Assembly: GCA_965223005.1 (NCBI GenBank)
Contig: CBDCVK010000010.1
Span: forward strand, 1,280,001 to 1,344,000
DNA length: 64,000 nt
DNA from: Terriglobia bacterium
GTDB taxonomy: Bacteria > Acidobacteriota > Terriglobia > JAJPHL01 > JAPKYU01
Direction: 5' to 3'
Position 1 is the first letter of the stretch. Every line of letters starts with the position of its first letter. The position numbers and the translations under genes are program-made. The notes beneath the pieces were generated by a model. That model searched no databases and was not told the origin of the DNA. It saw nothing but the letters and a program-made list of their open reading frames with translations. This document shows, piece after piece, positions 52,626-63,208 of this stretch.

Positions 52626-55445
52626 TTAGGATGGCCCAGTCGTCAGCAGGTGCCGCAGGACGTAAGGCAGGATGCCGCCGTGCTGAAAGTAGGCAAGTTC
52701 CTGCGGCGTGTCAATCCGTGTGATCGCAGTAAAAGTTTTTTCAGCGCCTTCGAAGTTGCGAACGCGTACGGTGAGTTGCTTCCGAGGCGTCAAGTCCGAA
52801 GAGACCCCTTCAATGTCGTAGCCTTCCTGGCCGGTCAGTCCCAGGCTGGAGGCGCTCTGCCCATCCTGAAATTGCAGCGGCAACACCCCCATGCCCACCA
52901 GGTTGCTGCGGTGGATGCGCTCGAAGCTCTCGGCGATGACGGCCCGGACGCCCAGCAGGCGCACCCCCTTTGCTGCCCAATCCCGCGAGGAACCCGCGCC
53001 GTATTCCTTACCCGCCAGGACCAGCAGCGGCACGCCTTCGCTGGCGTACTTCATTGCCGCGTCAAAAATGGGGAGCAGCTCTCGGTCCGGAAAGTGAAGT
53101 GTCCAGTTGCCTTCCGTGCCGGGCACCAGCAGGTTGCGCAGGCGAATGTTGCCGAACGTGCCGCGCATCATCACTTCATGGTTGCCGCGGCGCGCGCCAA
53201 AGCTGTTGAACTCCCGCGGCTGGACTCCTCGAGCAATCAGATACTTGCCGGCAGGGCCGTCGGCGGGAATCGAGCCAGCCGGTGAGATGTGGTCGGTGGT
53301 GACGCTGTCGCCCAGCAGGGCCAACACACGCGCTCCACGAACATCCGGAACCGTTGCCGGTTCTGGGGTAAGGTCCTCAAGAAAGGGTGGCCGCTTGATG
53401 TAGGTGGAGTCCGGGTCCCAGGTAAAGAGATCGCCCTCGGGAACGCCCAGCGAATTCCAGTTCTCGTCTCCATTGAAAGCATCGGCATTGGCCCGCTGGA
53501 ACAATTCGGCGCGCACGGTGGAGGTGATGGCTTGCTGGATCTCCTCCTGGGTGGGCCAGATCTCGCTCAGGTAGACGGGCCGGCCTTGGGGGTCGTAGGC
53601 CAGCGGCTCGCGGTGAATATCCAGGTCCATGCGGCCGGCGAGGGCGTAAGCGACCACCAGCGGCGGAGAGGCCAGGTAATTGGCGCGCACCAGCGGCTGG
53701 ATACGGCCCTCGAAGTTGCGGTTCCCGCTCAGGACGGAAACGACCACAAGCTGCTTCTCCTTGACCTGCCGAGCGACCGTTTCCGGCAGAGGTCCGCTGT
53801 TACCGATGCAGGTGGTGCAGCCGTAGCCAACCAGATAAAAACCCAGCTTCTCCAGGTAGGGCAGCAAGCCCGTTTCGCGCAAATACTCGGTGACCACCTT
53901 GGAACCCGGAGCCAAGCTGGTCTTCACCCATGGTTTCGGCTTGAGGCCGCGCTCCAATGCTTTTTTTGCCATCAAGCCTGCCCCAACCATGACTGAGGGG
54001 TTCGAGGTGTTGGTGCAACTGGTAATGGCGGCAATCACCACCGAACCATGCCGGAGGCTCTCGTGCTCTTCGGTGGCCTGCAACGTGGTGGCCGCGGGCT
54101 CCGCGGCTCCCGGCGGGACCGGGGCACGATGTGCAGTACTGGCAGCGGCGTCAATTTCATTGTGCCGCTGCAGGGGATTGACCGGCAGCGACTGCGGCTT
54201 TCCGTCTCCGTTGCCCCGGGCCTTCGTCTGGGGTGGCGCTGCTGTCAGCATTTGCTCCAGCGCTTCCAGAAATTTCTCCTTCGCCTGGCGCAAAACCACG
54301 CGATCCTGCGGGCGCTTGGGCCCGGCCAGGCTGGGCTCCACGTCGGCCAGATCTAGCTCCATGGTGTCGGAGTAGCGGGCCTCCGGGCTCTCCGCGGTCA
54401 CAAACAACCCTTGCTCCTTGCTGTAGCTTTCCACCTGGCGGACGTGCTCGGGGCTGCGCCCGGTGAGGCGCAGGTAGGTCAGCGTTTGCTCATCAATCGG
54501 GAAGATGGCAGCCGTAGCCCCGTACTCCGGTGCCATGTTGCTGATGGTGGCGCGGTCAGCGGCCGGCAGATGGACCAGGCCTGGACCGTAAAACTCCACA
54601 ATCTTCCCCACTACCCCCTTGCGGCGAAGCATCTGTGTGATGGTCAGGACCAAGTCGGTGGCCGTCACGCCCTCGGCCAGCCGGCCCTTCAGGCGGAAGC
54701 CAACCACTTCCGGGATCAGCATGGAGATGGCCTGGCCCAGCATGGCCGCCTCAGCCTCGATACCTCCCACACCCCAGCCCAGCACGCCAATGCCGTTGAT
54801 CATGGTGGTATGCGAATCAGTGCCGACCAGCGTATCCGGGTAAAGAAGCGTCTGGCCGTTGTGGCGCGAGCAGAACACCACCCGCGCCAGACTCTCTAGA
54901 TTCACCTGGTGCACGATGCCGGTGTCGGGCGGCACGACGCGGAAGTTGCGAAACACCTTCTGAGCCCACCGCAGGAACAAGTAGCGCTCGCGGTTTCGCT
55001 CAAACTCCAGTTGCGCGTTTTGCCCAAAGGCAGACGCCGAGCCGAAGTAGTCCACCTGCACCGAATGGTCAATGACCAGCTCGACCGGCTGCAGCGGGTT
55101 TACTTTCACCGGGTCGCCGCCCATGCGCTGGACCGCGTCGCGCATCGCCGCCAGGTCCGCCACGCAGGGCACGCCGGTGAAGTCCTGGAGCAGGACGCGC
55201 GCCGGGAGAAACGCAATTTCATGGTCGCGCATCTTCGCTGGATCCCATTTGGCCAGGGCTAGGATGTCGTCCTGCTTGACGACGGTCCCATCCTCATGCC
55301 GGAGCAGATTCTCCAGCAGAATCCTCAGCGAATAGGGCAGACGGGAGATAGAGCCCATACCTTGCTGCTCCAACCCTGGCAGGCTGTAAAAGTGAAATAC
55401 CTCCCCGTTGATGGGGAGCTCGGCCAAGCTGTTGAAGCTATTCAA
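52626..55445 (-). CDS. acnA: Aconitate hydratase A
   Basis: [47 protein letters not shown] and TTDHISPAG; start uncertain (TTG 55445 or ATG 55511; the longer ORF extension is unlikely). Confidence 0.96.
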   Translation of the reverse strand: MNSFNSLAELPINGEVFHFYSLPGLEQQGMGSISRLPYSLRILLENLLRHEDGTVVKQDDILALAKWDPAKMRDHEIAFLPARVLLQDFTGVPCVADLAAMRDAVQRMGGDPVKVNPLQPVELVIDHSVQVDYFGSASAFGQNAQLEFERNRERYLFLRWAQKVFRNFRVVPPDTGIVHQVNLESLARVVFCSRHNGQTLLYPDTLVGTDSHTTMINGIGVLGWGVGGIEAEAAMLGQAISMLIPEVVGFRLKGRLAEGVTATDLVLTITQMLRRKGVVGKIVEFYGPGLVHLPAADRATISNMAPEYGATAAIFPIDEQTLTYLRLTGRSPEHVRQVESYSKEQGLFVTAESPEARYSDTMELDLADVEPSLAGPKRPQDRVVLRQAKEKFLEALEQMLTAAPPQTKARGNGDGKPQSLPVNPLQRHNEIDAAASTAHRAPVPPGAAEPAATTLQATEEHESLRHGSVVIAAITSCTNTSNPSVMVGAGLMAKKALERGLKPKPWVKTSLAPGSKVVTEYLRETGLLPYLEKLGFYLVGYGCTTCIGNSGPLPETVARQVKEKQLVVVSVLSGNRNFEGRIQPLVRANYLASPPLVVAYALAGRMDLDIHREPLAYDPQGRPVYLSEIWPTQEEIQQAITSTVRAELFQRANADAFNGDENWNSLGVPEGDLFTWDPDSTYIKRPPFLEDLTPEPATVPDVRGARVLALLGDSVTTDHISPAGSIPADGPAGKYLIARGVQPREFNSFGARRGNHEVMMRGTFGNIRLRNLLVPGTEGNWTLHFPDRELLPIFDAAMKYASEGVPLLVLAGKEYGAGSSRDWAAKGVRLLGVRAVIAESFERIHRSNLVGMGVLPLQFQDGQSASSLGLTGQEGYDIEGVSSDLTPRKQLTVRVRNFEGAEKTFTAITRIDTPQELAYFQHGGILPYVLRHLLTTGPS

Positions 55446-55585
55446 TGTTGTGTTCCGGGCAGCGTCGTGTTTCGGGCAGCCCTCGGACTTGCTTCCTCCA
55501 CAGTATCCCATGCGCGGTAGGAGACGGGCCAGGTTTTGTTTGCCGGCCGGCTGGCCGGCTGAGGCAAGCAAACTGTGGCACAATC

Positions 55586-55616
55586 TATTTATCCGGCTAT
55601 TTATCCGGCTATTCAC
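55586..55616. repeat. 12-bp tandem repeat x2.5 in the divergent promoter region
   Basis: ctatttatccgg ctatttatccgg ctattca. Confidence 0.85.
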
Positions 55617-55633
55617 TGCGGCAACTCGCTGTC

Positions 55634-56944
55634 ATGCCATCAAAGGAGCCACACCCGAAAGCTGATAAGGACTCCCACGGAATAGTGGAACCTATCCCCA
55701 TCCCGCAGGCCACGGCCCAGGAGATTCAAAAGCTGGGCACGGCGGACATTGTGCTGGGGATCCCGAGTTACGATAACGCCGACACAATCGGGCACGTGGT
55801 GCGAATGGCCCAAGCCGGGCTGGAGAGGTACTTCCCCTCCTACAAGAGCGCCATCATCAACTCGGACGGCGGATCTAAGGATGGAACTCCAAAGCAGGTC
55901 CTCGGGTCCACGGCGGAGCAGAAACCGTTACTGCAGGTTCCCTATCCGGTGTACCCGGTGAACAGGCTCTCCACGCCCTATCATGGCATCCCGGGTAAGG
56001 GCAGCGCCTTTCGGATGATTTTTCTGCTGGCGCAAAGGCTCGGAGCCCAGGCCTGCGCGGTGGTGGACGCCGACCTGCGCAGCATTACCCCGGAGTGGAT
56101 TGAGCTGCTGGTTCGTCCAATCCTCGAAGGAAGGTTCGATTTCGTTGCGCCCTATTACCAGCGCCACAAGTATGACGGCACCATTACCAACAGCATCGTC
56201 TACCCCCTGACCCGGGCGCTGTACGGAAAGCGCATCCGCCAACCGATCGGCGGCGACTTCGCCTTTTCCAGTCGGCTGACTGACCATTACCTCAACCAGG
56301 ATGTCTGGAACAGCGATGTAGCCCGCTTCGGCATTGACATCTGGGTGACCACGCAGGCGCTTTGCGGCGACTTCCAGCCCTGTCAGGCCTTCCTGGGAGC
56401 CAAGATCCACGATGTTAAGGACCCGGCCTCCGACCTCAGCGCCATGCTGGCTCAAGTGTTGGGCTCGCTGTTTACCGAGATGGAAAGAAATGTTGCCGTG
56501 TGGCAGAAAACCGCAGGCTCCGAGGAGGTGCCGATCCTGGGTCCAAGGGCAGAAGTTTTCACCGAGCCCGTGGCGGTCAACGTGACCCGGATGGTCCAGG
56601 GCTTTCGGCTGGGCTACGAGACTCTGAAGGAGATTTGGGGGTTGGTCCTGCCGCCTGCCACCATGCTGGAACTGAAAAAATTGAACCAAAGCCCCGCGGA
56701 ACAGTTCTGCTTTCCCGATGAGCTGTGGGCCCGCACGGTCTACAATTTTGCCCTAGGGCACCGGTTGCGGGTGATGGATCTCGACCACTTACTTCGCGCC
56801 TTATCGCCCCTTTATCTGGGATGGGTAGCGTCATTCGTGCGACAAATGGAGTACGCTGGGCCGGAAGAAGTGGAGGACCGGTTGGAAACCCTGTGCCTCA
56901 CCTACGAGGCGCAGAAGCCTTATTTGATACAACGCTGGAGGTGA
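55634..56944 (+). CDS. Glucosylglycerate/mannosylglycerate synthase-like glycosyltransferase
   Basis: GIPSYDNADTI, DGGSKDGT, YHGIPGKGSA, VDADLRSITPEW, RHKYDGTITN, RQPIGGDF and FGIDIW. Confidence 0.8.
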   Translation: MPSKEPHPKADKDSHGIVEPIPIPQATAQEIQKLGTADIVLGIPSYDNADTIGHVVRMAQAGLERYFPSYKSAIINSDGGSKDGTPKQVLGSTAEQKPLLQVPYPVYPVNRLSTPYHGIPGKGSAFRMIFLLAQRLGAQACAVVDADLRSITPEWIELLVRPILEGRFDFVAPYYQRHKYDGTITNSIVYPLTRALYGKRIRQPIGGDFAFSSRLTDHYLNQDVWNSDVARFGIDIWVTTQALCGDFQPCQAFLGAKIHDVKDPASDLSAMLAQVLGSLFTEMERNVAVWQKTAGSEEVPILGPRAEVFTEPVAVNVTRMVQGFRLGYETLKEIWGLVLPPATMLELKKLNQSPAEQFCFPDELWARTVYNFALGHRLRVMDLDHLLRALSPLYLGWVASFVRQMEYAGPEEVEDRLETLCLTYEAQKPYLIQRWR

Positions 56945-56995
56945 GGGGAGCAGTTCGCGCCCTAGCCAGCGACGGCAACCGCCAAAGGAGGTCTT

Positions 56996-57697
56996 ATGTG
57001 GGATCACATCAATCAGATCCTGAACCAATCCTTAAGCCGAATGACGAGCGGGATCGCGAACTTCCTGCCCGGTCTGCTGGCGCTGCTGGCCGTGTTGCTA
57101 CTCTCCCTGTTGCTGGCGTTGCTGGTTCGCATGTTGTTGCGCCGGTCCCTGCGCGGCATTAACTTCGACAGTCGGCTGGACCAGTGGGGGTTCTCCTGGG
57201 TGGCCAACTGGACCCCTTCCCGAAGCCCGACCCAGCTGATCGCCCGGCTCTCCTTCTGGACCATCGTGTTTCTCGGGGCCATGGCCGGCGCCAGCGCCCT
57301 GGATGCCGGTCTGCCCTCGCAACTGGCCTACCGGCTGTTCGCCTACCTGCCCAACGTGTTGGCGGCGATCTTAGTGCTGGGGGTGGGCACGTTTCTGGCG
57401 CGCTTCCTGGCGCGGGGCGTGTTAATCAGCGCTGTGAACATGCAGATCCACTCGGCGCGCCTGTTGGGCCTGGGGGTCAAGTGGCTGATCCTGCTACTGG
57501 CCGGCGCCATGGCCATGGAGCACCTGGGAATCGGCGGGCAGATCGTTCGGCTGTCGTTCGGCATCCTGTTCGGGGGCATCGTGCTGGCGCTCGCTTTGGC
57601 CGTGGGCCTGGGCTCCAAAGACATAGTCAGCCGCACGTTGGAACGGCAGGCCAGCCGGAGCGAGGAACAGACCGAGGAACACTTTCATCATCTTTAG
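56996..57697 (+). CDS. CmpX-like / mechanosensitive-channel TM-helix membrane protein
   Basis: FLPGLLA, YLPNVLAAILVL and LALALAVGLGSKD; no MscS cytoplasmic cage; AAGGAGG SD. Confidence 0.75.
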   Translation: MWDHINQILNQSLSRMTSGIANFLPGLLALLAVLLLSLLLALLVRMLLRRSLRGINFDSRLDQWGFSWVANWTPSRSPTQLIARLSFWTIVFLGAMAGASALDAGLPSQLAYRLFAYLPNVLAAILVLGVGTFLARFLARGVLISAVNMQIHSARLLGLGVKWLILLLAGAMAMEHLGIGGQIVRLSFGILFGGIVLALALAVGLGSKDIVSRTLERQASRSEEQTEEHFHHL

Positions 57698-57735
57698 TCC
57701 CGCCGGTCTAGTCCCACTGGTCTTAGTCCCGCCGG
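57694..57735. repeat. 14/15-bp tandem repeats reiterating the TAG stop
   Basis: tagtcccgccggtc tagtcccactggtct tagtcccgccgg. Confidence 0.85.
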
Positions 57736-57755
57736 AGGCCCGGCTGGAGGCCAGG

Positions 57756-58502
57756 CTAAGGAGTCCTGGCCTCTTTCATCTTGAGCTCCCTCTGAAAGTC
57801 CCACTCCATTTGGGAGATGACCTGCTCCACCGAGCCGTCACAAACAATTCTGCCCTGCTCGAAGAACAACGCGCGCGTGCACAGCAGGCGGGCCAGTTCC
57901 AGATCATGGGTCACGATCACCTTGGTTTGCTTCAGGGGACGAAGCAAATCGATTAGGGAGGCTCTGCCCGGCGGATCCAGCCAGGTGGTGGGTTCGTCCA
58001 GGACCAGGACCTCCGGGTTCATAGCCAGCACGCCAGCCAGCGCGGCCCGGCGTTTCTCTCCGGCGCTCAAATGATAGGGCGCACGGCTCTCCAACCCCCT
58101 CAGCCCCACCAGCTCCAGAGCGCTGGCTACCACCTGGTCCACTTCTTCGGCCGGCAGTCCCAGATTGGAAGGGCCAAAAGCCACATCCTCGCGCACGGTG
58201 GACATGAACAACTGGTCGTCAGGCTCCTGGAAGACCAGCCCTACTTTTTGTCGGACTTTCCTCAAGTTTCGCTTCACCACCTGGCATCCACCGATCCGGA
58301 CCTCTCCGCTGCCGCTGAGCAAGCCGTTCAAATGGAGAACAAAGGTGGTCTTGCCAGAGCCGTTAGGTCCCAAAAGGACCACCGCTTCCCCTGCCGAGAT
58401 TTTCAAATTGATCCCAGCCAGAGCACGAGTGCCGTCCGGATATGTAAACCGCAGATCTTGGACCTCAATGACTGGCTCTACCAGACTCATAGCAGGTGTC
58501 AC
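57756..58502 (-). CDS. cbiO: Ni/Co ECF transporter ATPase
   Basis: GPNGSGKTT, VFQEPDDQLF, LSAGEKRR and LDEPT. Confidence 0.92.
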   Translation of the reverse strand: MTPAMSLVEPVIEVQDLRFTYPDGTRALAGINLKISAGEAVVLLGPNGSGKTTFVLHLNGLLSGSGEVRIGGCQVVKRNLRKVRQKVGLVFQEPDDQLFMSTVREDVAFGPSNLGLPAEEVDQVVASALELVGLRGLESRAPYHLSAGEKRRAALAGVLAMNPEVLVLDEPTTWLDPPGRASLIDLLRPLKQTKVIVTHDLELARLLCTRALFFEQGRIVCDGSVEQVISQMEWDFQRELKMKEARTP

Positions 58503-59242
58503 AGGGCCACCTGCACCGCGGCCAGATAAGCCGCGGTAAGGCCGAGAAACAGGAAATCACGCGCCTGCCACTGAAACCGGCGCCGGCTGGGCAACACGCC
58601 GGCAAATCCACGGGCCAGCATGGCGCGGTGGATACGTTCCGCCCGGGCGTAGCTGCGCACAAACAGCACCGCGATTGCCGCAGCCACGGCCTGCCACCGC
58701 AGCGGCCAGCCCCGGCCAGCACCGCGGCTGCGGTGGGCATACCTCATATGCTGGGCCTCTTCGGACAAGACGAAAAGGTACCGGTAGAGGAAGTGTACGA
58801 TCATCAAGAACGCGCCTGGCACCCGGAACCGTTCCAGCGCGTGAAGCAGGTCCGACAGTCGCGTGGTGGCCGCCAGCAGCAATACAGCCAGCGCCGACAG
58901 GTAGGATTTGCCTACGATGGCGGCGGCCGCCGACACTGTGGACATGCGGCCGGAAAACTCAGCGGCCCAGACCCACTTCCCCAACAAGGCGGCGCCCACC
59001 GCCATCAGGGAAAAGGGCAGGACTAAGCCGGCGTGCCTCAGGCAGTACCCCAGGGGCACGCGGCTGAACAGGATCATCGCCACCAGAAACGCTGCCGCCG
59101 CCGGAAGCTTCAGCGCCAGCCCGTGGGAAGAAAGAACCAGGAAGAGCACCAACCCCAGCACTGCCAGAGTCTTGCTGCGCGGATCGAGCCGATGCAGCGG
59201 ACTCTCGAGTTCATTCCAGCGGTCGAGCTGAACGAGGTGCAA
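58499..59242 (-). CDS. cbiQ: Ni/Co ECF transporter T component
   Basis: SPLHRLDPRSK, YRYLFVL and RSYARAERIHRAMLARGF. Confidence 0.92.
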   Translation of the reverse strand: MHLVQLDRWNELESPLHRLDPRSKTLAVLGLVLFLVLSSHGLALKLPAAAAFLVAMILFSRVPLGYCLRHAGLVLPFSLMAVGAALLGKWVWAAEFSGRMSTVSAAAAIVGKSYLSALAVLLLAATTRLSDLLHALERFRVPGAFLMIVHFLYRYLFVLSEEAQHMRYAHRSRGAGRGWPLRWQAVAAAIAVLFVRSYARAERIHRAMLARGFAGVLPSRRRFQWQARDFLFLGLTAAYLAAVQVAL

Positions 59243-59546
59243 CGGAGCCCCTTCTTCGCGAGGAATACTTTCCGATGGCTAGCGCCACCAGAAAGCAAGC
59301 GGCCGCCCCGACTACGGCTGCGGCCATCTTCCGGCCGGCGGCAGATTGCAGGAGTGGGAACTCGTAATCCGCCAGAGGGCTGGCCAGCGACGGCTCAGCG
59401 CGACCGGCAAAACCCAGCCGGAGAGCAATCCACTCGAAACCATCCGGGGAAGAGGAGACAACATAAGTAGCTGCAACGCACAACAATAAGGTGGCGGCGG
59501 CGAACAACAGGGCTACCGCGCGGAAGCTCCACCGCCCGCCTCTCAT
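59211..59546 (-). CDS. nikN: NikN/PDGLE-domain auxiliary component
   Basis: ATG overlaps the cbiM stop; two TM helices around SSSPDGFE and PLADY. Confidence 0.8.
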   Translation of the reverse strand: MRGGRWSFRAVALLFAAATLLLCVAATYVVSSSPDGFEWIALRLGFAGRAEPSLASPLADYEFPLLQSAAGRKMAAAVVGAAACFLVALAIGKYSSRRRGSVAPRSARPLE

Positions 59547-60178
59547 GCCGATTCCGCAGGGCGATGGAGCAGGCCGGGGTTCAGCTTTTCGATCATGCGT
59601 ACCGTAGCCAGCGTCAGGCCTCCTTCGGCAAGCCCGCCAATGGCGTACATACCCACCAGAGAAGCAAACAGCAATGGTGCGGGAGCCACCTCCGACCAGG
59701 CCAGTTCCAGGGCGACCGCCGCTGCGCCGCCGACCATCGCCAGCCACCCTCCGAGAAAGATGGCGGCCGACCGGAACCTGCCTCCGGCTTGCAGCGAAAG
59801 CCGGTACGGCAGATAGCCGAGAAACACACCCAGCACGCCTAGATTCCAAAAATTGGCGCCCAACGCCGTCAGGCCGCCATCTTGAAACAATAGCGCCTGC
59901 ACCAGCAGGATCGCACCCATCACCAGAGCCGCAGTATAGGGGCCAAACAGGATGGCCAGCAGGGCTGCGCCGGTCAGGTGCCCGGAGGTTCCCGGGGCCA
60001 CCGGGAACTGGATCATCTGGGCGGCAAAGATAAACGCGCCCATGGTTCCCAACAGCGGCACCTGCGACTCTTCAGTCTGTGCGCGGCTCCGCCTAGCGCA
60101 GTAGGCCACCACGGGCACCGCCGCCAGATCCAGCGGTAGCCAGATGCCCGTGGAGAGAAACCCGTCGGGAACGTGCAT
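59543..60178 (-). CDS. cbiM: Ni/Co ECF transporter S component
   Basis: N-terminal MHVPDGFL metal-binding motif; GTSGH and QALLFQDGG. Confidence 0.93.
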   Translation of the reverse strand: MHVPDGFLSTGIWLPLDLAAVPVVAYCARRSRAQTEESQVPLLGTMGAFIFAAQMIQFPVAPGTSGHLTGAALLAILFGPYTAALVMGAILLVQALLFQDGGLTALGANFWNLGVLGVFLGYLPYRLSLQAGGRFRSAAIFLGGWLAMVGGAAAVALELAWSEVAPAPLLFASLVGMYAIGGLAEGGLTLATVRMIEKLNPGLLHRPAESA

Positions 60179-60189
60179 CGGCGAGAAAT

Positions 60190-60216
60190 GTAGCACGATT
60201 TGTGAATTCGTGCCAC
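60190..60216. promoter_or_regulatory. Probable NikR operator
   Basis: Dyad GTAGCAC-N13-GTGCCAC (extends to gtagcacga/tcgtgccac) between divergent cbiM and nikR, overlapping the cbiM -10 region. Confidence 0.75.
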
Positions 60217-60250
60217 TAGTGCTAATATCCCACGCGGACGGAGGTAAGCC

Positions 60251-60676
60251 ATTCCCAAGACCCGATTAAGCCGGATCGGCGTGGCCATTGACCGGGAGCT
60301 GCTGCGGCGCTTTGACCGTCATATCACCGGGCGGGGCTACACCAATCGCTCCGAGGCGTTCCGCGACCTGATTCGGGGCGAAATGGTCGAGACCGCCTGG
60401 GAATCCAGTCAGCGGGAGGTCGTCGGCACCGTCACACTCGTCTACGACCACCACGTGCACCTGCTGAATGAGAAACTGGTGGATGTCCAGCACGATTTTC
60501 ACAAGCGCATTCTCTCCACGCTGCACGTCCATCTGGACCTGGACCACTGCCTGGAAGTCCTGGTGGTGAGGGGAAAGGCGAACGAGGTGAAGCGGATAGC
60601 CGACGCGCTGATCAGCATCAAGGGGGTCAAACACGGGAGGTTGACTACTAGTACCACCGGGGCTGATCTGCCTTGA
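60251..60676 (+). CDS. nikR: Nickel-responsive regulator NikR (probable ATT start)
   Basis: [25 protein letters not shown] and [12 protein letters not shown]. Confidence 0.93.
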   Translation: MPKTRLSRIGVAIDRELLRRFDRHITGRGYTNRSEAFRDLIRGEMVETAWESSQREVVGTVTLVYDHHVHLLNEKLVDVQHDFHKRILSTLHVHLDLDHCLEVLVVRGKANEVKRIADALISIKGVKHGRLTTSTTGADLP

Positions 60677-60751
60677 GGCGACCGGTCGCCGTCATCGCTT
60701 TTGTCGCCAGGGGTGTGCCGGGCGGACGCTGCGAAAGACTTCCGGGTAGAC

Positions 60752-60925
60752 ATGGAGGCGCTTCTTCAAGGCCTGATCGTCGTCGGCATCTTGGGGTTGA
60801 GCGCCCTGGTCACTCATTGGTTCACTCGCTGGATGTACCTTACCTGCGCCGCCTGCGGCACGTTGAATGCCCGCCGCCGCGCGCACTGCCGCCGCTGCGG
60901 CCAGCCTCTGGGCGCTCTGCAGTAG
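60752..60925 (+). CDS. Small membrane protein with a C4 zinc ribbon (57 aa)
   Basis: One TM helix, then CAAC-x10-CRRC. Confidence 0.7.
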   Translation: MEALLQGLIVVGILGLSALVTHWFTRWMYLTCAACGTLNARRRAHCRRCGQPLGALQ

Positions 60926-61009
60926 CAAGCGCTCGTTGGTGTCAAGAGAGGCTTGAGCTAAACTATCTGCGGAAAGGTTGAACAGATTCCACTGCTATGC
61001 GGACGCTAT

Positions 61010-61049
61010 CACGGTTGCTCCGGCGATTTGGATGCCGGCAGCAACCGTA
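61010..61049. other. Strong intergenic hairpin
   Basis: acggttgct ccggc ... gccgg c agcaaccgt; no U-tract. Confidence 0.5.
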
Positions 61050-61162
61050 GGCGGCGGTCCTGACTCCAAGGCCGTTTCCCGCTTGGTCCCTGTTGACTGT
61101 CTGCGAACCTGCCCGCCGGCCGCGGGGTTTCCTTTCCGCCCGGTTTCGGTTTAATCTGTAAG

Positions 61163-62122
61163 ATGATGGTGCCTGCCGCGCCGATGCACGTTCCGCGCCC
61201 GACACTCTTTGCTCTTCTGCTAGTGGTGCTGTTGCTGTTGCCCGGCTGCCTTGTGCGCAAGCTGAAGGTGAAACGGCCTGGTATTGCTTCGTCGGCGAAG
61301 CTGCAGACGGCTTCGCTCCAACAGCTTGTTGAGCAACTGCGCGTTCGGGAGGAGCAAATCCGCACCATCAACGCCACTGTGGATCTGGAGCCTTCCATTG
61401 GCTCGGTGCTCAAGGGGGAAATCTCGGAATTGCAGGAAGTGCGCGGCTTCGTGCTGATCCGCAAGCCGCGGATGATTCGGATGATCGGTCTGTACCCGGT
61501 GGTCCGCAACCGGGCCTTCGACATGGTCTCGGACGGCGACGAGTTCAAGCTGTACGTGCCGGCCAAGGACAAGTTCATCGTTGGCAAGAACCGCCTGGAC
61601 AAGCCCTCAGCCCGCCGGCTGGAGAACCTGCGGCCGCAGCACATCTTCGAGGCGCTGGTGGTGCGGGCTCCCCGTGACGGGGAGCAGGTGGTGCTGGAGA
61701 ATGACACCGATGAGCTGCACGCCAACTACATCCTCCATTTCTTGACGGAACAAAATGGGCGACTGCTGCTCACCCGCAACATCTGGTTCGACCGTGTTCA
61801 TCTGCGCTTGGTCCGGCAGCAGATCTTCGACAAGCAAGGAGACATTGTCAGCGACACGCGTTATAACGACTACCAGGACTTCCAAGGCATCGCCTTCCCC
61901 AAGAGCTTTTTGATCATGCGCCCCAAGGACGACTACGGCGTAAAGCTGAAGGTGAAGAAGCTGCAACTGAATGCGCCGCTGGGGGACGACAAATTCGTGC
62001 TGGCACGGCCACCCGGCGCTAAGCTGCACGACTTATCAGTGCGGGACGGCAGCCCTTCAGCCACTCAGGTCGACAAGAGTAAGGAGTCCCCCAAGTCCCG
62101 AGGAGGGCCCGGTGGTCAATAA
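61163..62122 (+). CDS. Lipoprotein with LolA/LolB-like fold (DUF4292-like)
   Basis: Lipobox-like LPGC; C-terminal YNDYQDFQGIAFPK..LNAPLGDDKF; start uncertain. Confidence 0.7.
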   Translation: MMVPAAPMHVPRPTLFALLLVVLLLLPGCLVRKLKVKRPGIASSAKLQTASLQQLVEQLRVREEQIRTINATVDLEPSIGSVLKGEISELQEVRGFVLIRKPRMIRMIGLYPVVRNRAFDMVSDGDEFKLYVPAKDKFIVGKNRLDKPSARRLENLRPQHIFEALVVRAPRDGEQVVLENDTDELHANYILHFLTEQNGRLLLTRNIWFDRVHLRLVRQQIFDKQGDIVSDTRYNDYQDFQGIAFPKSFLIMRPKDDYGVKLKVKKLQLNAPLGDDKFVLARPPGAKLHDLSVRDGSPSATQVDKSKESPKSRGGPGGQ

Positions 62123-63206
62123 GATGGTGCTGTCGAACCTGCGGCACCGGCCGGTGCGCACCGGGCTCAGCGTGCTTGCGGTGGCGATCGAGGTGGTACT
62201 GATCATCAGCGTCATCGGCCTGGTGACCGGGTTGCTGGAGGAGGCTGCCCGGCGCCAAAAGGGCATCGGCGCTGACATCATCGTGCAGCCGCCTGGCGGG
62301 TCGGTCTTGCTAGGCATGAGTAGCGCACCGATGCCCGCCAAGATTGCCGAGCGGTTGGGCCAGGAGCCCGGCGTGGCGGCGGTAGCTCCGGTGTTCCTGC
62401 AGACCTTCGGCGGTATTACCGTGGCCTACGGGATTGACCTGGAGAGCTTCAGCGCCGTCACCGGTGGCTTCCAGCTGCTGGAGGGACGCCTCATGGGTAG
62501 CGGCCTGGAACTGCTTGTGGACAACAAGTACAGGGAGATGAACGATCTGCGCGTCGGCAACACGCGCGAGCTGTTCAATCACGAGTTTGAGGTAGTCGGC
62601 ATCGTTCAGCACGGCAAGGGCGCCCGCCTGTTCATGCCCCTCGCCACCATGCAGGAACTGCTGGGCTCACCGGGCCGGGCCTCCATCTTTTATGTGCGGC
62701 TGGCCGATCCAGAACAGGCGGATGCGGTGCTGGCGCGCTTCAAGAGTCTGCTTCCCAACTACACGATCCGCACCATGGAGGAGTACACTTCCTTGTTGAC
62801 TGCGGGCAACCTGCCCGGGCTGAAGCCATTCGAACGCATCATGATCGGCATTGCGGTTATCATTGGCTTCCTGGTGACTTTCCTGGCCATGTACACGACG
62901 GTGTTGGAGCGCACCCGCGAAATCGGCATCCTGAAGGCACTGGGTGCTTCCCGGGGCTACATCACGAAGCTGATTCTGCGCGAGACGGCCATGGTGGCGG
63001 CCGTGGGCATCGTCTTGGGCATTGCCGCCAGCTTGCTGCTACGCCATGTCGTCATCACGGCCTACCCCGGCCTGAGCATTCTGATTACCTCCGACTGGTT
63101 GCTGCGCGCCTCATTGATCGCAGTCGCCGGGGCGTTGCTCGGCTCCGCCTATCCCGCGCTGCGCGCCGCTCGCCAGGATCCGGTGGCCGCCCTGGCCTAC
63201 GAGTGA
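62112..63206 (+). CDS. MacB/FtsX/LolE-type ABC permease
   Basis: AGGAGG SD and GTG start; NLRHRPVRT, ERTREIGILKALGA and YPALRAARQDPVAALAYE. Confidence 0.92.
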   Translation: MVNKMVLSNLRHRPVRTGLSVLAVAIEVVLIISVIGLVTGLLEEAARRQKGIGADIIVQPPGGSVLLGMSSAPMPAKIAERLGQEPGVAAVAPVFLQTFGGITVAYGIDLESFSAVTGGFQLLEGRLMGSGLELLVDNKYREMNDLRVGNTRELFNHEFEVVGIVQHGKGARLFMPLATMQELLGSPGRASIFYVRLADPEQADAVLARFKSLLPNYTIRTMEEYTSLLTAGNLPGLKPFERIMIGIAVIIGFLVTFLAMYTTVLERTREIGILKALGASRGYITKLILRETAMVAAVGIVLGIAASLLLRHVVITAYPGLSILITSDWLLRASLIAVAGALLGSAYPALRAARQDPVAALAYE

Positions 63207-63208
63207 GG

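Noticed and set aside
55446-55616. N-terminal extension of AcnA ([11 protein letters not shown]...)
   Set aside because: Produced by the 12-bp repeat in the divergent promoter region; it would leave only 17 nt before the opposite gene.
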